From: Nemertoderma westbladi
Lineage: Eukaryota > Animalia > Xenacoelomorpha
NCBI GenBank assembly: GCA_032718475.1
Contig: JAUCBJ010002219.1
Span: 1 to 40,349, forward strand
Reading direction: 5' to 3'
Length of the DNA stretch: 40,349 nt
Shown here: positions 11,603 through 21,390 of the stretch, piece by piece
Position numbering within the stretch: the first letter of the stretch is position 1
Layout of the letters: each line of letters starts with the position of its first letter
Position numbers and translations under genes: made by a program
The notes under the pieces: model-generated
Database searches by the model: none
The model's input: only the letters and a program-made list of their open reading frames with translations
Told to the model about the DNA's origin: nothing

Positions 11603-12583
11603 ATGTCAAACTTATCAGATGAAATGCCATCTAGTCTAATGGCAGCATTGGGATTACAATCAAATAGGAGTATAAGTTCATTTCATAATAAAAAACATGC
11701 AGATGATTTTCCAGCATTGCCACATTCATTTGACCCATTTATAGTAAGTGTCAATTGTAAGTCACCAGAACCATTGTTTATGCCAGTCACGAAATTTAAC
11801 CAGGTGGCCATGAGTAGCAGTAAGGATCGCGTTCGTTTGGATCCATACACAACTCTCAAAGCAATAAAGTTAGAATCCAATACTCGCTCAAGGAACATAC
11901 TTAAGGGGATATATGGCCGTATAACAAAGGACACTGCAAAGTACATGGTAAATATTGATTGTGAAGATGGCTCCATAATTTCCGAAGAAGAAAAACAATC
12001 TAGTAAGGAACACCCTCAAAAAATTACAAATTGTATTACTATTGCAAATAGTTCATTTTCATCAAATTCAATCGAATTGTGTACATACTGCATAAGGTTA
12101 TTCACCAACTTATTTGTACATACGAGGGTGCACTCGAGAATTCCACTGTATACATGTGCTTACTGCGGTTCTGGCAGCAATTACTCCCTGAAGATGAGCC
12201 AACATATTAGGGAGTTACATCCTTCACATCATCAGGGGCCAATTGCTAAGAAGTGTGTTGTTTGGTTGTGTCGTTTAACTCCTGCAATATTGAACAAATG
12301 TTTGATTGAAACTGAAGAAGTAAAGCGAAATGGTAATGTAAACGAGGATGTTCTACTACTGCAGCCGATTCTTATCTTTACTTCTCATCCGTCGAATAAA
12401 ACACCAACCTCACCTCCAAAAATACGACGAATTTCTATTATGGAACCACTGGATTCCCGTTCCCCATCAGAACTTCCTCCTCTGAAATGTCCAGAGCTTA
12501 TTGTTCTCTCAAGTGATAGTGAGGACGATGATGTAATTGACATTACTGAAACTGTGATGGCCTGCAATCCGAATTGTATTTAA
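11603..12583 (+). CDS. Intronless 326-aa C2H2 zinc-finger protein
   Basis: Uninterrupted ORF in very AT-rich DNA. It has two fingers, CTYC..LFVHTRVH and YTCAYC..MSQHIRELH, and an acidic C-terminus with the SIM-like LIVLSSDSEDDDVIDI. Confidence 0.65.
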   Translation: MSNLSDEMPSSLMAALGLQSNRSISSFHNKKHADDFPALPHSFDPFIVSVNCKSPEPLFMPVTKFNQVAMSSSKDRVRLDPYTTLKAIKLESNTRSRNILKGIYGRITKDTAKYMVNIDCEDGSIISEEEKQSSKEHPQKITNCITIANSSFSSNSIELCTYCIRLFTNLFVHTRVHSRIPLYTCAYCGSGSNYSLKMSQHIRELHPSHHQGPIAKKCVVWLCRLTPAILNKCLIETEEVKRNGNVNEDVLLLQPILIFTSHPSNKTPTSPPKIRRISIMEPLDSRSPSELPPLKCPELIVLSSDSEDDDVIDITETVMACNPNCI

Positions 12584-13541
12584 TTAGAAAAATACGATTA
12601 TATACCGTATTTAATACTATAGAGACTTGTTACTAAAAGTATTGTGTAGTAAATTTTGTAGGTAAATGCAAATCATGTATAATTTTCGGTTTCTTTTTTG
12701 TTTTATTAGATAGTCAGTTATCTACATTTGTTATGGAATGAAATGTGTTATTGACTGGAAACTGGAAGTTAATAAGTTTCCAGTCCAAGTCCATTGTCAT
12801 TACGGGATACTTCAGATAGTATAATTTTACGAAAAATATGCTGGGTAACCTAATAACAATTTTTAATGCTACATGAATCAGATGTACAGCTCATGGGAGG
12901 GGGGGGGGGGGGGGGAGTTATGGTACAAAACGTAAGGTACAGTAAATATGGTTTGTATTTTGTATTATCCGGTGTCTGTCATTGCTTTCAAATTGAATGC
13001 TCAATATTTTACATGTTTTATTATATAATATAGTTAAACCGCAATGGCACACACAATGGCACACCACAATTTTATTTTCGATTCGAAACCAAGCTATAGG
13101 CCTTCATAATATCTCTCACTCTCACATCGTTTTTTTGGATGGTCGAAAGTGTCCAAAAGTGTAAAGGCCGTGGCAAAGATTCGAGAGTCGAAATGGTATT
13201 GCCTGATGATGAGGCATTCCACTCCTCAAGCTGGACCGCAATTAATGAGAATATACGAAGGACCCACCCTTGACCGATGGATATATTGCATTGATATTTA
13301 ATTCAATGCGGGATGATTACTTTATACTGTAGGGCCCTATGTCCTGCTATGGACCTTTCAGTCTCCCATTTACTACATATATGGATTTAAACACTGCTTG
13401 CTTGCTATAGGAGTAGAGAGACCTGTTATTCCCTGTTTTGATAGAAGCCTTACTATAATTAGCTATTAAATGCCTACTTTAGTATTTTAATTCAATAATA
13501 TTTTTTTGATCGAAAAAGTAGCTAATATTAATTACCCCCAA

Positions 13542-13685
13542 TCGATAAAATTTATATTATACTGTATCGATAAAATTAATTTTATCGCAATAATAATAAT
13601 TTTATCGCAATAATAATAATTTTATCGCAATAAAATTAATTTCTTCGCAATAATATAATTTTTATCTCAATAAAATTAATTATCT
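13542..13685. repeat. 20-bp tandem repeat TTTTATCGCAATAATAATAA
   Basis: About 6-7 imperfect units are visible directly. Confidence 0.9.
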
Positions 13686-14019
13686 TGCTTTAAGTGCGAT
13701 ACATAGTAGGATAAGCAAGGTGGATTTATTCTTACGAAAGGGAATATGGTTCAATGAGACTCATGTCCACTGGGTCCATAATGAATCTATACCTCTCGGA
13801 TGGATATGGCTGAATTTCGGTTCACACTATTGCTGTAGACCCACGGCGATGTTCAGGATCGAAACAGACTGGCATTAGGTCACGGTCACAGTCACCCACA
13901 CCCACGAAAGATAAGAATACATGCTGATCCAATCTATCAGTAGATGCTTGTAGATTGTTGTGGAAATTTTTCACAACCCCACTACTGGGTCAACATTATG
14001 GGTGAATAGCACGCAACCA

Positions 14020-14750
14020 GTTTTATGCCATGTGCCACATGCTAAAGTGGCACAATTATGGAACAGCGGGATTTGAAACTATTTGCAATCGTATCAGCAC
14101 CCTTGAAATCCTGTAAATAATGAAAATTGTAAATTTCTATCTAGCAGTAGATATATTTGTATCTTGTGCCAAGTGCCGCAAACATGTGCCACATGCTAAA
14201 GTAGCACGTCTGAGTGAGAGTGGAATTTGAAACTATTTGCAATCAAATCAGCACCCTCTAAAACCTCTAAATACTGAAAATTGTCAATTTCTGACTCTCT
14301 GTAGTAAGTTTGATATTTTGTGCCATATGCCGAAAACATGTGCCACATGCTAAAGTGGCACGTCTGAGTGACAACGAAATTTGAAACTATTTGACATAGA
14401 ATCAGCACCCTGGAAAACTTCTAAATACTGAAAATTATCAATTTCTGACTATCACTAGTAAGTTTCATATTTTGTGCCACATGCTTCAAACATGTGCCAA
14501 GTGCCTAATCTGTGCCACCACAGAATTTGAAACTATTTACAATCGCATCAGCACTACTCTGGGAAACTATCATGAGAACCAAAAGCTGCGGCATTCTGGC
14601 ATTGTTTATCATATTTCCCAAACATGCTAATTGTGGCACGTGCCAAGAAATGGCACAACGAACGCTAAACATTGATAACTCGAAACCCTTCCCAAACGAT
14701 TCAGAACACTTGAAACGTCTGGCGAACATGTCGTTCGCCACACATGCGCC
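14020..14750. repeat. 154-bp tandem repeat (~4 units), probably internal to a DNA element
   Basis: TGTGCCACATGCTAAAGTGGCAC-like anchors at 14031, 14185, 14339 and 14493. Each unit carries ATTTGAAACTATTT and ATCAGCAC. Confidence 0.85.
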
Positions 14751-15184
14751 TAACACGCTTGTTGTTTACTGGGGTGTCAGCCACCATTCACGCATATAAT
14801 GCTTAACTACTTACAAATTATTTAGTTATCTTGATTATTGTTATTGTTGCATTGTGTGTGAAGAATTGTTATCAAAAAATATAAAATTTTTGATAGTGTG
14901 TTAGTGTTATTGAAATTTAAACCATTTGATAAATATGAAATGCAGAAAATTCAATAAAACTGAATGAAATTAGAATATTGATGTACTCCAAGATAGTGCC
15001 TTTTTTTAACGAATTCGTTAGAAAGACACAATCTCTGAGTAGGTCTACTGAGTGATCAGTAGGCTACTCAGTTATCCCTATACAGTTTTTCAATTTCCAA
15101 TAGAAAACTGAGATTACAGTACAACAGTAGGCTAGGCCTAAGGCTGTAAGGACTGAAGGAAGAAGCAAGATGAGACTCTGCAGC

Positions 15185-16910
15185 TTTGTACACTGCTGCA
15201 CGGGTATAACTTTTGCGTAGAGGTATACTGGTATAGCCTACATAGAGGCTACATGTAGGTATGTGTAGCCTACATGTAGATGCACGTGTAGGGTGAATGT
15301 AGATAGGTGTAGGTAGGTCTTTAAAAACAACAATGATGAATGAATAGGCCTACACGGGGTACCCGGACCGGAACTTCCTCGATGAGATGCGAATGCGGCG
15401 AACGGGGGTGGTACCCGGAACAACCACGAAGAGATGCGCATATGGCTGTATGGCGGGCGGTGGTACCCGAAACAACCAGGAGGAGATGCGAATACGTCGA
15501 ATGGGGGTCCCCTGAATACCCACGAGACGGAGCCTATCAATACTACAGTACTGACAAAGGAAAAAACGACTGAACGATATACCGATACATACTGTAGATC
15601 TTATGATCCTGCGGGTTCAGGCATGGAGGCTAATGACTTTGTATGGGCCGAACGGCCAGAACCTGATGTTTCCAGTCAAGGAGGAATCGACTAACGGTTA
15701 GGGTTAGAGCTCGTCGTCGGTGTCCATGCTGCCATGAGGGTCTGAGGATGAGTGGGTGATTCAACAAAACGCTAACAATGATATACCGGACTGACTGATT
15801 GAACCAGAGTGGCGATGGTAGTCGCTGATGTATATATATTATATATATCATGTATTGATTGTTAGTAGATATTTTTTTATATTATTTGTTTATTAAATTG
15901 TCTTCAATGTCTATATTGATAATATTGTGTGCTGATTTTACTTATTTTCCATTTTATAAATCTTGCTGTGGCCGTTTTAATCTACTATAAACTGCCGTAT
16001 CAATTTCATGATATTTTAATGGATATGCAATTTAACTTCTTCTTTCTATTAACTTTCAATGCAATCAAATATAACTGTAAAGCTATTGACTTTCGTGTTA
16101 TTGTTTTGCTGTTACTTCGAGATGGGATTTGAATCCCATCGGATTACTGATTAATTCCCATCATCGAGATGGGAATACTAATGAAACAGTGTGGTGGTCC
16201 GCGGGATAGTGGGAAGGGATGGGACTGTTGCTGGTTGGTGGAATGTGACTGCCTGAAAAATTAAAACAAACAAAACTTCCAGACTTCTATATTTTTACTT
16301 TCAAAACAAAACGACCAAAACATTTCAATGCTGAAGTACTGTTCAAGTCCCATGGATGTATGGTTGATAAACAGATAAAGAGGGACAGAGGGGGGTCAGG
16401 GTTTCTGGTAGACTATAGTCCCCGCGATGATGGCTGTTTGTTTAGGTTACTCTTACTCAATAAACATATAGATCAGAACGAGTTAATCTAATGGAACGAT
16501 GCCTTTCGTGGCGTTAGCATACTCAAATTCATTAGAGCCTAATATTTATGACGAGTAAGGGACTTTAGTATAATCAGAACGCGATGTTTGATATTTATAC
16601 AGTACTGCAGTATGCATTAAAACCTGTTGTCTGACAGCAGACAGGTCTGCAGGTTGATGTACCGTATTGTACCGTGGAGATCAGAGATTATTGCCATACA
16701 TCCTGATTGACGACCGTGTATCACGTTACTGCAAGTTGATACATAAATTACATTAATATCTACGGGACTACACCTACCTACATTCACCCTACACGTGCAT
16801 CTACATGTCCTCATGTAGGCTACACCTACCTTCATGTAGCCTCTATACTGCTATATACTGATATAGGCTATACCTCTACGCAAAAGATATACCCCTGCTG
16901 CACTGTACTC
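15185..16910. mobile_element. Non-autonomous DNA element with ~130-bp inverted repeats
   Basis: 15185-15312 (..TTTTGCGTAGAGGTATA..CATGTAGATGCACGTGTAGGGTGAATGTAG) is the reverse complement of 16768-16908. Internal GC-rich ~55-60-bp repeats lie at 15355-15520. Confidence 0.7.
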
Positions 16911-17121
16911 TTTCTGTCTTCGTATTACCTAGATTGCCTATAACTGATAACTGTATAATGCAGTAATGTTCTAATTACTTTGTATCTTTACTTCTGTAAG
17001 GTACTGTACTCTGTACAGGTGTAGGCCTACTTTGTTGTTTAGTCAACAGGTAAAGCAGTAAAGAAAAGTAACTGAAGTAGGCCTACCTCTACTTACAGAC
17101 TTATGTACCGTACTTGAGGCA

Positions 17122-17375
17122 GGAGACAGGGGGGGGGGGGGGGGGGGGGGGGACTTGACGCAAATCCCGCCTTCGCGAATTAATATTTTCCCTCAATGTT
17201 AAATTCTCAATTTATGGAAAGGAGCAGGTTACAGTGGCACGTTATTTTAACCAAAACAATAAACTAAACACAATATATAATAGAACAGGTTACACATGTT
17301 ACAGTTTTATTTTTGAGAGTAGTCCGCTGTTATTTGCGTCGAATTTCCCCTGGCTGCCTGGAGAGGGATGAATGT
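17122..17375 (+). repeat. Dispersed repeat family (GGAGCAGGTTACAGTGGC...AACCAAAACAAT)
   Basis: A near full-length inverted copy lies at ~32085-32302. Fragments lie at ~26030-26075, ~35705-35752 (-) and ~39990-40090. Confidence 0.8.
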
Positions 17376-17486
17376 TTATTGCGTCCTTTCCCCCCCCTAT
17401 CTGTGAGGCAGTGAGGCTACATTCTGACATTGCATACCTATCAGCCTATCCAAATCGTGACAGACAGATAGATAAAGGTAATCAAC

Positions 17487-19130
17487 ATGTTTTCCCAAGG
17501 TCCTATTCTCGTTCTAAATCAGAACACAAAACGCGAACAAGGGCGGAAAGTCCAACTGGGCAACATCTCCGCGGCAAAAACGGTTGCTGACGTAATCCGC
17601 ACATGCCTGGGACCCCAGGCCATGCTGAAAATGTTGATGGACCCAATGGGTGGAATCGTAATGACAAACGATGGCAACGCCATCCTTCGGGAGATTCAGG
17701 TACAGCATCCGGCTGCTAAATCGATGATCGAGATAAGTCGAACGCAGGATGAGGAATGCGGAGATGGAACAACCTCAGTGATTATCCTCGCTGGTGAGAT
17801 GTTATCGGTGGCGGAGCAGTTCCTTACCGAGAACACCCATCCCACTATCATAATAGCGGCGTATCGACAGGCCCTAGAGGACGCTATAGAGATACTCAAA
17901 GAGAAAGCTAAAGATGTTGACGTGAATAACGATGAAGAGCTGGCAAAGATTATAAAGAGTTCAATCGGGACGAAGTTTATTGGGAAGTACGAGACGTTGG
18001 CGTGTGAGATTGCCATGAAAGCGGTTCGCACTGTCCGTGTAGAAGAGACCGGTCGTGTAGAGATCGATATTAAGCGATACGCCAAGGTGGAGAAGGTCCC
18101 TGGAGGCAGCATCGAGGACAGTCAGGTGATAAACGGAGTCATGATAAACAAAGACGTCACGCATCCCAAGATGCGACGTCGCATTGAGAACCCTCGGATC
18201 CTGTTACTCGATACCAACCTCGAGTATAAAAAGGGCGAGTCTCAGACCAACATTGAGATATCCAAGGAGGAGGACTTTACCAAGATGCTTGAGTTGGAGG
18301 AGGAGTTTATAAAGAAGGTTTGCGATGAAGTTATCGCAGCGAAACCCGATCTTGTATTTACGGAGAAGGGCGTGTCCGACTTGGCGCAGCACTACCTCGT
18401 CAAGGCGAACATCACGGCGATCCGTCGGGTACGCAAGACGGATAACAACCGTATCGCCCGGGCGACTGGGGCCACAGTTGTCACGGAGACCTCGGAGATC
18501 CGAGAGGACGATATCGGGAAGGGTTGCGGAATCTTCGAGGTGCGGAAGTTTGGAGACGAGTACTTCACTTTCGTGGAGGCGTGTCGCGATCCGAAGGCTT
18601 GCACCGTGCTACTGCGGGGCGCCAGTAAGGACGTCCTAAATGAGGTGGAACGGAACCTACAGGACGCGATGCAGGTGGCGAGGAACGTCCTCGTGGAACC
18701 CAAGTTGGTTCCGGGGGGCGGGGCCGTCGAGATGGCCGTCGCCGAGGCGCTCAAAGAGAAAGCTAAAGGGATCCCCGGGGCGGACCAGTGGCCATACAAG
18801 GCGGTTGCGCGGGCATTGGAAGTGATTCCCCGAACTCTTATACAGAACTGCGGGGCCAACACGATCCGCACCCAGACAGCGTTGCGCGCCAAGCACTCGG
18901 CAGGGGGGTCCACCTGGGGGGTGGACGGAGAGGCGGGGAACATTGTCGACATGAACGAGTTCGGGATCTGGGAACCGCTCTCCGTTAAACTACAGGTCTA
19001 CAAGACGGCCATAGAGACCGCGATTCTATTGCTACGGATAGATGATATCGTTTCGGGGACCAAGAAGATTAGCGGAGGCGATGAACCGACCCGCAGTAAA
19101 GAGCCTACAGAGGAGAGCATGAAGGAATGA
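17487..19130 (+). CDS. CCT3: T-complex protein 1 subunit gamma (TRiC/CCT chaperonin), intronless
   Basis: 547-aa intact ORF with the CCT3-specific sequences DVIRTCLGPQAMLKMLMDPMGGIVMTNDGNAILREI, GDGTTSV, GVMINKDVTHPKMRRRIENPRI, LEYKKGESQT and AIETAILLLRIDDIVSG. A candidate AATAAA lies at 19292. Confidence 0.98.
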   Translation: MFSQGPILVLNQNTKREQGRKVQLGNISAAKTVADVIRTCLGPQAMLKMLMDPMGGIVMTNDGNAILREIQVQHPAAKSMIEISRTQDEECGDGTTSVIILAGEMLSVAEQFLTENTHPTIIIAAYRQALEDAIEILKEKAKDVDVNNDEELAKIIKSSIGTKFIGKYETLACEIAMKAVRTVRVEETGRVEIDIKRYAKVEKVPGGSIEDSQVINGVMINKDVTHPKMRRRIENPRILLLDTNLEYKKGESQTNIEISKEEDFTKMLELEEEFIKKVCDEVIAAKPDLVFTEKGVSDLAQHYLVKANITAIRRVRKTDNNRIARATGATVVTETSEIREDDIGKGCGIFEVRKFGDEYFTFVEACRDPKACTVLLRGASKDVLNEVERNLQDAMQVARNVLVEPKLVPGGGAVEMAVAEALKEKAKGIPGADQWPYKAVARALEVIPRTLIQNCGANTIRTQTALRAKHSAGGSTWGVDGEAGNIVDMNEFGIWEPLSVKLQVYKTAIETAILLLRIDDIVSGTKKISGGDEPTRSKEPTEESMKE

Positions 19131-19719
19131 GAGCCGTTCGCAATATAGTAGCTATTTAGCGGAAGCTATCGCCTCATTGATTGTTAGACTGTTATATTGA
19201 TAAATACGATTCGTTAGTTGTAACTTGATATTAAACGATATTATATTAGCTTGGATCGTTTCATACGATACTGTAATATTATTTGTTGTTTAATAAATAG
19301 ACGAGGTGCTATTGTCTCGTATTTAGTGCGATTCGACGGTTTCTGTTAACATCTGGCGGATTAGAAATCGATATAATATGTCTACCGGTAGCTTATGTTG
19401 TGACTAGTTCCTACGATTGTTCGTTATTTACCGAATATTAATTGAATTGTATTAACATTTGCGATGTGTTTGTATCTTGTCTGTGTTCTTGTGAATCCAG
19501 AATTTCTAATGAAATTGAATACAATTAATGAATATAAATATAATACTATCTTTATGGTATAATTATTTTGCTGAATAATTGTCAATCCGGGCAGGGAAAT
19601 AATGCAATTACTTTCTTCACCCATACCCCCCCCCCCCCCCCCCATACAAAAAGCAGACAATTATGAAATTCACCATTATGTTAATATCGTTATAGCATTA
19701 TACATACAATATTGCAATG

Positions 19720-21390
19720 TTCTAGAGTTAATATACGGAAATAATAACCTGAAGCGAGTATAACTGAATAATCACTGATGCCGTTCCAGAAGCAAATTAA
19801 CCTGTATAATTACCGAGGAACATTTAAGAAAATAATAACTTTATTATGGATATTCATAATAATAATACGATTTGTTGGTATTTATAAAAACACTAGCTAC
19901 TGTACCATTTTTACGAATACACTAACTACCATTGAAAACACTAGCTACCACAAAAATTTAACATGTTAACTGTCGGAAATATGTTCCAGAACATAAATCA
20001 ATAGCCAAAACAGCTATACAAAGGCAGAATAATGGTAACACGGGTTACTCTAGTAGCTACTGTATATTGTATTTTGTATATTGTATTTTTTTTTATTTTT
20101 GTTATTGGTAAGTGTTCGAGAACATTATTATATATTAATTATTAAGGTGTAGCTAGTGTTTTTTTACTAGCTAGCATTTCCTTGAAATGATAAAAAAACT
20201 TGTAAAACATTGATATTTCAGAATTAAGCCTAAAAACTGTTGCTGATTATATTAAATATCAAAAATATTGATGATATATAACAGTCCCTGAATGAGATCA
20301 AGCGGCTAGAGTTCCGTACGTGCCAACATTATTTCATTTTTCTCTATAATGTGTATAGTTTACTAGCTACTACTTTTTAATGTCAGTGTGAAGTATTCTA
20401 GGATATTTCGAATTATTATTTTGTTAAATAATGTTCTAGAACATATTATTTTTTGTTCTAGAACATTTTTAAAATATTATATTTTTTGTTTTTTTTTTAA
20501 CACTTTTTTTGTATAATTAACATATGTATCTAGTAATTTTATGTACTCAAGTAATAATTTATATTTATAGCTAGTAATTTATATCTATAATTTTTTCTTT
20601 GGTTTCTGAGTTAGGCCTTATACGTAGTTTTTTTATTCTACAAATTTATATTGTTCTTTAATTGAGTCTTTGCAAACAGCGAATAGATGTCGACGATTGA
20701 CTATTGATGCCATTATTGTGTAGGCCTACGTATTCAATACTACACTAGCCCTAGCTAACATTTTAAAAAATATTCTAGAATGCTATCGTTATGGTTAGTT
20801 GTTCTGTATTCCAATTTTCTTTTAATTAAACAATCATTTTAATATTTTTTGTAAAGAACAAATATTCCAGAATATTTTTATCGAAAATTAATAATAAAAT
20901 GTTCTAGAACATTTGGTACATGTTCAAAATTGTAATGAATGTTCTAGAACTCTTATCAATAGAAAAAAAAACAGGCAAATTAGCATAAAAAATAATAAAA
21001 TTTAACAATTTTTTTAATAATTTTCCTTTTAAAAGAAAGTTATTTTATCGAAAATTCATAATTAAAATGTTCTAGAACTTTTTTCAAAGTTCTAGAACAC
21101 GCAATATACCTTCTAGAACATTTATCAAGAAAAAAAAACTGAAAAAAAAGAAAGGAAATTTGTTGAATAAAACAACGAAAATGTTGGCACGGGCGGAACT
21201 GTTCCCGATCAAGCTATTACAGTAATCTAGGATATAATTTAGGCCTGTTAACCAAACAACAGCACATACAGTATACATAAGCAATATATAAAAAAAATCA
21301 GTTTTAAACATTTTAAATACATACTATTACTAGGTAGTAAATAATTCACAAGCTCCATAAAAACACCATAGCTACCATAACTAATAATGT
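19720..21390. repeat. AT-rich foldback-like repeat rich in TTCTAGAA and ACTAGCTAC motifs; resumes after the CRE insertion (25590-25670)
   Basis: About a dozen TTCnnGAA motifs. GTAGCTAGTGTTTTTTTACTAGCTAG (~20149) is the inverted match of CTAGCTAGTAAAAAAAAACACTAGCTAC (~25638). Confidence 0.6.

Noticed and set aside
13170-13235. Hammerhead at CTGATGATGAGG
   Set aside because: No GAAA follows the putative stem II.
16118-16190. Hammerhead (CTGATTA...GAAAC)
   Set aside because: The core is not CUGANGA, and no stem I/III with an NUH site can be built.
17372-18988. Overlapping and antisense ORFs within CCT3
   Set aside because: These are expected shadows of a GC-rich coding sequence and have no recognisable motifs.
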